Of a DNA stretch of 64,000 nt, positions 49,299 to 59,598 are shown one piece after another. The stretch covers positions 183,006,340 through 183,070,339 of the forward strand of contig NC_068982.1 in NCBI RefSeq assembly GCF_001194135.2, read 5' to 3'. This DNA is from Octopus bimaculoides (lineage: Eukaryota). Under the pieces are notes generated by a model, which was not told the DNA's origin, ran no database searches, and saw only the letters and a list, made by a program, of their open reading frames with translations. Both the position numbers and the translations under genes were made by a program. How positions within the stretch are numbered: the first letter of the stretch is position 1; every line of letters starts with the position of its first letter.

Positions 49299-52200
49299 GC
49301 ATACATATATACATATATATGCATACATATAGAACAATATAAGTATTTTGATATTGGTTCCTCGTAACTTTCTGCAAAATGCAGATTTCTAAATGAAATT
49401 TTGCAGAGACAGGTTATGCAAGGAGGAAATTATGAATAACACGATATTTCTATCTTTTCTTTTTTTTTTTTTTNNNNNNNNNNTTTTTTTTTTTTTTTTA
49501 AATGGAAAAAAAATTAAATTTAGAGTTCTAAAAACAAAAATGGAAAACAAATTTCGGGTTCTAAAAATAAAAATGCAAAAACATTTGGGGATTCTAAAAT
49601 CAAAAATGGAAAAAAATTTGGGGTTCTAAAAACAGAAATGGAAAAAACTTTGGGGGGTTCTCCACAACAATTTTACTTTTTACCAAAACTGTCTTCAAAA
49701 TACATTTGCTTCAAGGAAATTTTACTAAGATGAGATTTTGAGAACAATAAGGTACAACATAAAACAATTATATTTTAAAATTATTTCTTCTCGAAATAAT
49801 TACAAGCTACACCGTGAAAATGTAAATTAACAAAATTTTATTTAAAAATAAATATTTCAAAAAGAATCACAAGAAAGAAAAGATAAGAAGTGGAAGACTT
49901 TGAAAATCTCCAAAAATATCAATTTTTTTCCCCTTAAACTTATATCTTGAATAAGTGTGTTTGCTAAATTTCATTACGCAATATGCATTTTTAAGACAGT
50001 TGGGAGGAAACAAAGACTGTGCCAGATACATCTCAGTGGATGGGTTTATTCATAGACAAACACACACACACACTCTCAAATATATATCCACCCCTACACA
50101 CGTGCACACACACATGTAAATATGTATATATGCATACATACATACATATATATATATATATACACACACATATGTGTCTCTCTCTATATATATATATACA
50201 CACACACGTATCTGTCNNNNNNNNNNTCCATTTGTTGTTTACACCACCTGTCTTCGTCTGTTGTTTTTTTCGTGAACCCTCCCATACATACATACATACA
50301 TACATACATACATACTTTTTTTTTCTCTCCTTGTTTCTCTTCTTGTTTTTTTCTGTGTTCCTTTCTGTTGAAGAGCGTAGGCTCGAAACGTTAAAGACTT
50401 TCTCTGTTCCTGAGCGTTATACTAATACATCCATTTGTTGTTTACACCACCTGTCTTCGTCTGTTGTTTTTCGTGAATTCTCCTATACATACATACATAC
50501 ATATATACATACATAACGTCTTTAAAAGCGTCTTTTTGTAGCATGGTGTACGAGCGGGTGCTGAAAATTTCCTGGCTTTGGGTAAAAGAAAATACATGAG
50601 GATCAGTCAGTTATGATTTTATTTAACATATTCTCCTTTCAAATTCAAACACTTATTGCAGCGGTCCTTCAGTTTTTCTAAACCCTGTAAAAGAGCTCGG
50701 AAGGTTGGACCTCGAACCAGGCCTTTCGCGACATCCTTAAAGCAAGGAACTTTTCAGCACTCCCTCGTACAATGATTAATTCATCTTTGGATATTGCCCT
50801 TCAGTCAATAAATTCGAGAGGAATTTATCGTGTGTAGGTCCCTAACTTAAAAGGGTATGCTAACATAAATGTTTTAATTAGGCTCGGTTGACAACTCCGT
50901 TAACCTGCTTTACCTTAGAGGCTAGTCATCTTTCTTTGGATGGTCGTATAACTGTTTTTCGCATATTTAATATTTCCCTTTTAAAAGTCTGTAACTAACT
51001 TTATTATGCATGATTTTATTACAGGCGATGCTTCAGTCGGCAAAACAACATGGATCAATCATTTTTTCAGCGGCTATACAAGCAGGAGTTTTGCCCCGAC
51101 GGTCGGAATTGATTTTCGTTGTAAAAGAATGGTCAGTAACAAGGGAACACCTTTATAAAAGGGGTCAATGTAAATAGACTAGTGTTTTTTTTTTAATTAT
51201 TTTTTGTACACATCTTTCAAAATCATATAACCATATATAGTACTACTGACACGGTACGAATCTATCGTACTATCGACAATGTTACATGCACCTATTGGTC
51301 TATTATGATAACACACACATTATACAGTGCTTTAGATACATTACACTCTGTTGTATAACTAACACGATGTATATTATAGTCCACGTATATAGAGAGGGCT
51401 TCTCAATCACAAGAACAAATATCTACATGGGCTTCTGCTCAAATGTTCCATCATTCCTACACACATCCGGCATCGAACTTGCTATTTACCTTCGACCATA
51501 CGCTGGCGTCTTCATCATCCAAACTAGAATCCTACTAGGCCCAACCAACGTTCAGCGTAACCTTCCACATCGAATGTACACCTTCCAAAATACTGCGTAC
51601 TCTACAATACACTATAGATAGACAAGGCATGTTATTGGCTGGTTGAATGGTTTCATAAGCTCCTCCCTAGTGTCCATAACAACACTCAAACAGTTCCCGT
51701 GGTCAGTCACTTTATCATGTCTGGTCAGTCAGCGTCAACATCTTGGCTTGTCTTTTCCTAAACTATGGCTCATCTTACTTACGTAAAGGCATGGGATAAT
51801 GACTTATTTTTATTCTCTGAATCTTTGTTCTGCAAGAAAGGAATGTATGCCTCAAATTCCTACGAATCTGCTCTACCACCACAAAATTCTTACTGCCCAC
51901 GTTCGAAGCAGACTTCTCAACCATACAATCATGGCTATCGAATATATATATATATTCGATATACCCACATACCCCACCTCTACCTCCACCTCCAGCCTAA
52001 CCGACACCCCACCCGTGCTTTCCCCACTCTCGCCTCTTCACCTCCCAACACCATCACACCACACCACGCTACACCTTACCACGCAACACATCACATCACA
52101 ACACACCACCACTGACCAATTCCCATCCCCACATTTTCACACCTTCACACCTACATACACACACGCATAAGTTAAGATCACCAGCATTCTCTCACACACA

Positions 52201-54334
52201 CGCACGCACCTTTGTTTTGGGATCACTACTACTTTGTTATCTCCCCTTCTTCTTAACTCCCCTGTGTGACCCTTCTGTCCGGCATTCGCCATGATAGATC
52301 GCTGACCACTACACACATTTTTTTGTCTCCTTGTTTTTCTCCTTGTTTCTTTTTGTGTTCCTTTCTGTAGAAGAGCGTAGGACGAAACGTTAAAGACTTT
52401 CTCAATTCCCGAGCGTTATACTAATACATCTATTAATTTTCAACACCAACTGTCTTCGTCTGTTGTTTTTTTTTTGTGAATTCTCCTTATATATATGTCG
52501 AATACCACTATAAATTTAAGTTTGCTATATACCCGTGTATATAAAGAAATCTGTATAAGTGCGTGTGTATATGCGAGCGCTTCTATGAATGAGAACATGT
52601 ATTTATATGTTTATGTACTCTTGCATATATGCGAATGTGTATATCAATACAAATCTCTTTTGGTACAACAGCTTGAGTGTGTGTCTATTGGTGCATCTGA
52701 ATGCTTATATATAATGATATTTACTACAGATGACTTACCGCCATAACATTAATGGCCTCAATCGCATCTGTCTAGGAGGGCCAGCAAATTCATTTAACTA
52801 TACAATTACATTAACGTAATGTAACTCTTTGTATATCTAGATGTAATGTCACTTAACTCAGCTGAAACCTCACGGGGGTTTTGTGCGTTGCTTTAGCACA
52901 CAGAAATCCTAATAACTTACTGAGAAATTCTCATTATCTCCCCTGTTCAAATAACACTGAGAAGCATATGTGACAGAGTTGACAAAGGCCTGAAGTCGTA
53001 AGTACCATCACACACACCTACAGATGGAGTTCATTGAAACACTACATGTCACTAAAATGGTCATTGACTTTACAATGCTACAACGGCTCACTTCGGGAGA
53101 ATGCTGTATCCTGTATCCTTCATAGTTCGAGATTTTTCCTCCTTCATAAAGATCACAGAATATCGAAATACCCATTAATAGTCCAACCAAGCATCCCATC
53201 AAAGTCCCATTGTGTTCCTATTCTGTCCCATATACAAGAGGTTTTACAGATGATGAACAACTCATGTGCTTCGTTTTCATTTTACCCCAATCAATCATCT
53301 AAAAAGAAATATATCAAAGTTGAACTAAAAGGCTAGAAACATTCTCCCGGGCAATTCTTTGCAGAAATATCTATGGAGTTTTCGGGATGGCCGAAGAGAC
53401 ACTTTGCATCAATGACAATCAGTGATTCTTTTGGCCCTGTATGAGTCATTGTACGAGATCAGATCGTGTTTAGAGTTTTTTCCAAGAATATGCAAATGTA
53501 ATGTCCACTCGAGAAAGAGAATGAAGACTCGGGGAAGTAAATTCCTTATTCAATAGTGCAGTCGGTTGAGAGTCGAACAGTTCTTTTGCTGTCCGCAGTG
53601 AGATTGAATAAGCACAACAGACATTTACGTGTGTTTTATTGCATAACATGTAAATTTGTTTCATTTATGAGTGCAGTGACAGCTAAAGTTTTGGGTGAAG
53701 CCGCCGGGCACAGATTAATGTGCACTAAGTCAGACATTTCCAAGATGGCCGAAAAAATGTCGATATTGACGAACGTTTTGGGAGACCCGCAACCAGCCGA
53801 ACTGAGAAAAACATCGTAGATGTGCGTGCAGCTGTGAGGGGAAATCGTCGAATCACCATCCGTGAGTTATCAGAGGATGTGAAGATTAGTTACGGTTCAG
53901 TTCAGTTTATTTTCACTGAAGATTTGGGTATGAGATGCGTGTCTATAAAGTTTGTGCCAAAAGTGCTTTCAGCTGACACTTGGGTTTCAGTTGCACAAAA
54001 TCTCCTTGATTGTGATGAGAACGATGAAAACTTTTAGAAAACTTTGTGTAGGCCTCTGAGTAGATATCGCCAAGCTTTTGGCAAAATTTGATGCCGATTC
54101 TCTGCTCAACTTTCTCTGTCATTGTCAATGCGACGAACACACGCTACACAGGTTAATTCCAAGCACTGCTGTAAATAGCTGAAGTGAGCTAGAACGTTAA
54201 AACTTAGTACCAATGCACAACAGAGTTCAAAGTCAATCTGTGCCAAACGGCTTCACTCTGCGTTCTTTAGCTTCGTTACTTTGGTGACAGTCCGGATACT
54301 TATTGATCAGACCTCGCATGTATAATACATATAG

Positions 54335-54390
<56 letters not shown>

Positions 54391-55790
54391 CAACATATAG
54401 ACAACGCAACACAAGACTTTAAAAAAAGACTTTCACTTTGAACAATTTATGAAGGTATGCGCTTGACTAACAAATAGTTTTACTGGCAGCGTAACGACGG
54501 GTAACGACATACCGTCGTTCATTTTAGTCCCTCTCTTTTGACAACGGTTAGATTGTATAACCATGACGAGCGTTTTTGTCTCTCTCTAACGTATATAGCA
54601 AATTTATTCCGTTTACGAATGCAGAAACAGCTAAAATTTTGGCGTGTACCCCATTGTGAACTATAGTTCTCTATGTATTTTATTCACAGCTTCGTGTTCC
54701 ATATTTTTCTGAACAGCAATCTAATTGATCTGTCGTCTGTTTCATCAATCTTTTTTTTTTTTTCTGCCATCTATTTCACCTAACTTATTCTTCATCCGTC
54801 ATCTCTTTCATCAGTCATCCGTCTATGAACAATTAATTGAATACCAGCAGGAGATTGGTCACTATTTAAAATCAACTACTATAATTTTTTTGCACAAAAC
54901 AATGACAATCTTTAGTGAAAATAAAACTGTTGCTGCTATGATGATGATGATGATGATGATGATGACGACGATGACGACGATTGGTGGGGAGGAGAAAAAA
55001 TGGTGAAAGAGAAGTGTAAATAAGAGGACGAGGTGTTGATATGAAAGAGGAGATAAGGATCGTTAGTAACTGTTTTTTGTTGCTTTTTTTGTTTTTTCAC
55101 GTTGCAGAACTATAGAATCATCCAAACATTACCGAACGGACAGTCAAAGGTTTACTATCGCCAAGCATCTGTACAAATCTGGGATACGGCTGGAATGGAA
55201 AGGTGCCCCTGTTTGTATATAATTATAAACAAGTATTCATTTTATGTATATGTGAGTGTTGGTGTGTGTGTGTATGTATATCTATATATCCATATATGTG
55301 TGTTTATTACTATATATATTATATCATATTATGATGTATATATATATATATATATATTATTTTGTTTAAACAAAATAATATATTCCTCTATACACAATCA
55401 TACAAAAAAACCACCTTTTTTGTATTTATTTTTACTCGCATATATATATATATATATATANNNNNNNNNNNNNNNNNNNNNNNNNNNNNNNNNNNNNNNN
55501 NNNNNNNNNNNNNNNNNNNNNNNNNNNNNNNNNNNNNNNNNNNNNNNNNNNNNNNNNNNNNNNNNNNNNNNNNNNNNNNNNNNNNNNNNNNNNNNNNNNN
55601 NNNNNNNNNNNNNNNNNNNNNNNNNNNNNNNNNNNNNNNNNNNNNNNNNNNNNNNNNNNNNNNNNNNNNNNNNNNNNNNNNNNNNNNNNNNNNNNNNNNN
55701 NNNNNNNNNNNNNNNNNNNNNNNNNNNNNNNNNNNNNNNNNNNNNNNNNNNNNNNNNNNNNNNNNNNNNNNNNNNNNNNNNNNNNNNNNN

Positions 55791-55831
<41 letters not shown>

Positions 55832-58800
55832 ATATATTATATATATATTCGTATATATGGGGAACAATTTTTCATTCATGCATGTTTCCTTAAGTACGAC
55901 ACTATGTTCAACCCTTATCTATTTCTATATTAGATTTCTTTTCTATGTTCTTATTAGTGTTATTCAGTTGGTTAGGAACAGAAGAGTTCCTAAATCCAGA
56001 TCCGATATTTCCAGACTTTCTCTGCCTCATTGGGTATATTTTGCATTTGTATTGGTTGATTACGTGCACTTTCAGTCAAATGTTTTTTAACCCTTAACAT
56101 CATGAATCATTAGTCACATGTTGATTTGTTTGTTGCGGTTAAATGTTAACCGTTATCATTTTACTATTACATGTCGGTAGCCACGTATCAATTTTTTGTT
56201 GTATGTGTTTGCGTATTAATTTTGGCATGAGTATGATTTCAATAAAATTCTATGTGGAATTTTATAAGATATATAAATATTGCAAGTGCACGATGAGCTT
56301 ACATAACAGACTAGTACAGCATTCAACACAGACACCAAATAAATGTTATCTTGGAAATGACGCTGTGAATATCTGGAAACGTTTAATGTGGATTTAGGAA
56401 CTCTATTGTTCTGAACTAACTGTAAAAAAAACAGCTAAGAAAATACCAAAAAATACTTGAATAAAAATGATAACTTAGTCACGTATTTAATGAAACGTAT
56501 ATGTTTATATGCACATATATGCGCTTGTTTGTGTGTGTAAGTAAATATGTAAGTGTGTTGTCTTTAATTATTAATTATTTGAAGTCTTCCTGTGAGGAAG
56601 GAGTTGTTTTCTAACAAAAACCAAATCCACATTTAGAACTTAAGAAACGTCTTACATATATATGTATATATGCATGTATGTATGTACGTACGAACGTACG
56701 TACGTACGTACGTACGTATGTATGTATGTATGTATGTATGTATGTATGCATGTATGTATGTATGCATGCATGCATGCATGCATGCATGTATGTATGTATG
56801 TATGTATGTATGTATGTATGTATGTATGTATTGTAGTAGCCAAAATAGTATTTTACTAATATTTTAAAATTGCTTTATAACAATCTTCCACTTCAAGTCA
56901 ATGATGCTTCACCGCGTCTGTTAGTAGTCAGTTGTTGGCCAGTTCTCATAGACTATGATGTATATCTATGATCTAGTAACAAATATTCCACTGTATCTGC
57001 TAGAAGTCAGTAATTGGTTAGTTCTTACAGACTGGGGAGTACTGAGGCCTGACCATTAATAACTCACTTTACTGTATTTGTTTGTGTGCAGTTGTTGGTC
57101 ATTTTTCTCAACTGTTAAGTACATTGTTATTTTACTAGATCTGTTAGATCTAAGTTGTTGCTCAGTTCATTTTCTTTTTCATTTTCCGGTTTTTCATTCT
57201 TCTACCTTTTATATCTACTTTCTTTCTTGCTTTTCTCGCTTTTTCTCTCATCCTATCGCCTCACATGACATAAGACGCAACACAACTAGTGGTGCAGGAT
57301 GTGTCGAAACGATCGTTGTGTTGAATAAGGATTCTTGCTAATACCATTTTCCGTTTCCCTCATTCATTATGTGTGTATGTATGCGTGTGTATGTGTATGT
57401 GNNNNNNNNNNNNNNNNNNNNNNNNNNNNNNNNNNNNNNNNNNNNNNNNNNNNNNNNNNNNNNNNNNNNNNNNNNNNNNNNNNNNNNNNNNNNNNNNNNN
57501 NNNNNNNNNNNNNNNNNNNNNNNNNNNNNNNNNNNNNNNNNNNNNNNNNNNNNNNNNNNNNNNNNNNNNNNNNNNNNNNNNNNNNNNNNNNNNNNNNNNN
57601 NNNNNNNNNNNNNNNNNNNNNNNNNNNNNNNNNNNNNNNNNNNNNNNNNNNNNNNNNNNNNNATATAGGCCTGTGGGGTGAATGTGTGTGTGCTGTGTGT
57701 GTATGTGTTTGTTGTGTGTGTGTCTGCGTGTGTGTGTTCGCGTGCGTGTGATAGTAAGTGAGTCTGTCTAAAATTCCAGCAATGTGTTGCAGGTTTCGAT
57801 CCTTGACTTTGTCTTACTTCAGACAAGCCAGGGGTTTCCTTCTAATGGTTGATCTGACCAACGAGAATACTTTCGTCAATGCATTTGATTGGCTACAAAA
57901 GGTGGATGAATTGGCTCCTGTTACAGGCTATGATATCATTATTTTGGCCAACAAGTGTGACCTCAGGCGTTTCAAAGACGTCAACGATATAACTTTAGAA
58001 GAATTCGCTATCAAAAACAGGTTCGTCTCTTCAATTGATTCATTTCATAAATTTCTTTTCTTTTTGTTTCTCTTTTTTTTTTCTTTTGCCTTACATGTCA
58101 TGTAACCTTCTATCTTCTAAGTAGAATATCACTTTACTCAGTCGAAACGTAGCTAGAGATTTTGTGTATTGCTTCGTGACATGGAAATCCTAATACCTTG
58201 CTGAAAACATTCTCATTTTCTTCTTAACAAGTATTAGCGGCAGAGATGACGGTTGGAATTGTAAATACCATTAGACGCACCTACAGAAGGAATTGAACGA
58301 AACACTGCATGTCAATAAAACATTCGTTAACTTTACAATGCTACTGGTGCTTACAACAGAGAACTATTCTGCATTCATACTGTACTGGCTAAGACTTGGT
58401 GGATGTAAACACTATGCTGTTAGATGTCTAAATGTCATGGTGGATTTAGACACAATTCTTCCTATCTTGGTGGGCGTTCATACAGTAAAATATTTGATGC
58501 TTTGGTACATGTAGATGCAGATGAGTTAACAGTATCGTGGGCGTAGACATAGTGTAGTTAAGTGTCTTGTTGGATACAGGCTTAATACAGTTAAATGTCT
58601 TGGTACGTTGGTATATAGAAACACAATATTAATAACAGTATGTAAAACACTGACTTCTCAGATGTTTTATCGATAATCTTTCACTCGGATAAATACACGT
58701 CTTGGAGTTTTAATCATCCATGGTGTACGCTTCTTGAAATATACATTACATGGTATACAATGTATTATACTCATTACATGGTATTTATATATACGTATTC

Positions 58801-59445
58801 CATGGTATATTCTACATCACTTTATGATATGTATAATATAGTATATATTCCATGAAAATATAACTAGTCCATCTTTCTACCATTTTTACCAACATACCTC
58901 ACCTCAACCATATAATTACAGTATAAAGTGTTCTAAACTCGACTTCGATGTTTATCCCTCAGCAGCCCGAAAGTAAATATCAGTTGTATACTGTGGTTCT
59001 TTGAATCGACTCTGATCTCATTTGTAGCTCCTCAAAAACGAAAATTATTATCAATCTTTCCTCTCTTTACAGCTGTAAACCAAAATTTAGTCAGACGGAA
59101 TTATTCGATTTTTTTTATTGTATCAGAGTTATGTGTTAATTGGTTAAATGAACACGTACTTCATAAGAATTCTTTGAAAGTTGATGTAAAAGTTGTTTGA
59201 AGTTTTGCCATAAATGTTTTATTATTTATCCATGTTACTATTTCAACAGCCTGGTCTATCTTGAAACAAGTGCAGTCACTGGTAAAAATGTTACAGAAGC
59301 AATTAGACTCTTGCTACGAATGGCTGCTTACCGTAGACATTGTTCTCTTACCGATGAATGCCAGGAATTGAAAGAAAAAGACATAAAACTTGATTTCAAT
59401 AAGCTAACTCAGAATAATTCTGTTTGCAACTGCTGTACCAACTGA
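49064..59445 (+). CDS. Divergent Rab-family small GTPase, Rab27-like, 237 aa; join(49064..49151,51025..51131,55108..55202,57793..58020,59250..59445)
   Basis: Manual splicing gives a 714-nt ORF: MSKYFLKWKQRIHNENDVSKEDVFQFIVIGDASVGKTTWINHFFSGYTSRSFAPTVGIDFRCKRMNYRIIQTLPNGQSKVYYRQASVQIWDTAGMERFRSLTLSYFRQARGFLLMVDLTNENTFVNAFDWLQKVDELAPVTGYDIIILANKCDLRRFKDVNDITLEEFAIKNSLVYLETSAVTGKNVTEAIRLLLRMAAYRRHCSLTDECQELKEKDIKLDFNKLTQNNSVCNCCTN*. G1 GDASVGKT, G2 T(VGIDF), G3 DTAG, G4 NKCD and G5 ETSA are present, as are RabF-like VGIDF, RFRSLT, YFRQA and MVDLT, and C-terminal cysteines. Four GT-AG introns have phases 1,0,2,2. Confidence 0.92.
49366..50001. mobile_element. Degenerate MITE-like element with an internal ~32-bp tandem array (49495-49660)
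   Basis: Imperfect inverted ends aactttctgcaaaatgcagatttctaaatgaaattttgc and (reverse complement) aactgtcttaaaaatgcatattgcgtaatgaaatttagc. About five units of aaaaatggaaaaaaatttggggttctaaaaac lie inside. Confidence 0.5.
50228..50482 (+). mobile_element. Penelope-type terminal fragment with a short direct terminal repeat
   Basis: gaagagcgtaggctcgaaacgttaaagac motif. tccatttgttgtttacaccacctgtcttcgtctgttg occurs at both 50228 and 50430. Related copies lie at about 52320-52490 and, on the minus strand, at about 62255-62340. Confidence 0.6.
50549..50769. mobile_element. 221-bp mariner-derived MITE in Rab intron 1
   Basis: 31-bp TIRs including the TA ends (tacgagcgggtgctgaaaatttcctggcttt), 27/31 identical. 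Confidence 0.88.
51025..51131 (+). CDS. Rab gene coding exon 2 (P-loop and switch I)
   Basis: Acceptor ttttattacag|, then DASVGKTTWINHFFSGYTSRSFAPTVGIDFRCKRM, then donor ATG|gtcagt (phase 0). Confidence 0.92.
51560..52490 (+). mobile_element. Highly decayed Penelope-like element (GIY-YIG C-terminus and 3' end) in Rab intron 2
   Basis: WFHKLLPSVHNNTQTVPVVSHFIMSGQS resembles the RF.EH..SV.NN...PVA.HF...GHS pattern. A Penelope-type terminus follows at about 52320-52490. Confidence 0.45.
53685..54318. mobile_element. Mariner 5' half with an internally inverted segment, in Rab intron 2
   Basis: The TIR and MTEKVEQRIGIKFCQKLGD lie on the minus strand (54040-54318). The continuation DGRKNVDIDERFGRP...RRITIRELSEDVKISYGSVQ.I.TEDLGMR.VS.KFVPK lies on the + strand (53685-54034). 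Confidence 0.85.
55108..55202 (+). CDS. Rab gene coding exon 3 (beta2-beta3 loop and G3)
   Basis: Polypyrimidine tract plus gttgcag|, then NYRIIQTLPNGQSKVYYRQASVQIWDTAGME-R, then donor AG|gtgccc (phase 2). Confidence 0.92.
57793..58020 (+). CDS. Rab gene coding exon 4 (switch II to G4)
   Basis: Acceptor gttgcag|G completes Arg, then FRSLTLSYFRQARGFLLMVDLT...LANKCDL...EEFAIKN, then donor AG|gttcgt (phase 2). Confidence 0.93.
59250..59445 (+). CDS. Rab gene coding exon 5 (G5 and C-terminal prenylation motif)
   Basis: Acceptor tttcaacag|C, then LVYLETSAVTGKNVTEAI...VCNCCTN and a TGA stop. Confidence 0.93.
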
Positions 59446-59592
59446 AAAAGAATTATAAATATCAAGATAAACTAGATTGGTATTCTGGTTTTTACGAAGA
59501 TTCAGTTCCAGAAAAGAAAATTCATTTAATTATTTTTAAACAGTCGATAAAAAATAGATACGCCGATTTTTTCCTATTTTTTGCAGTTCATT

Positions 59593-59598
59593 AATAAA
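59593..59598 (+). promoter_or_regulatory. Candidate polyadenylation signal of the Rab gene
   Basis: AATAAA about 150 nt downstream of the stop codon. The hexamer is common in AT-rich DNA, so support is weak. Confidence 0.35.

Noticed and set aside
52940-53600. Faint Tc1/mariner-like C-terminal resemblance on the minus strand
   Set aside because: Too degenerate to call without an alignment.
55102-55893. 263-aa ORF read as a single-exon protein
   Set aside because: Only 55108-55202 is coding (Rab exon 3). The rest is intron, microsatellite and N-gap.
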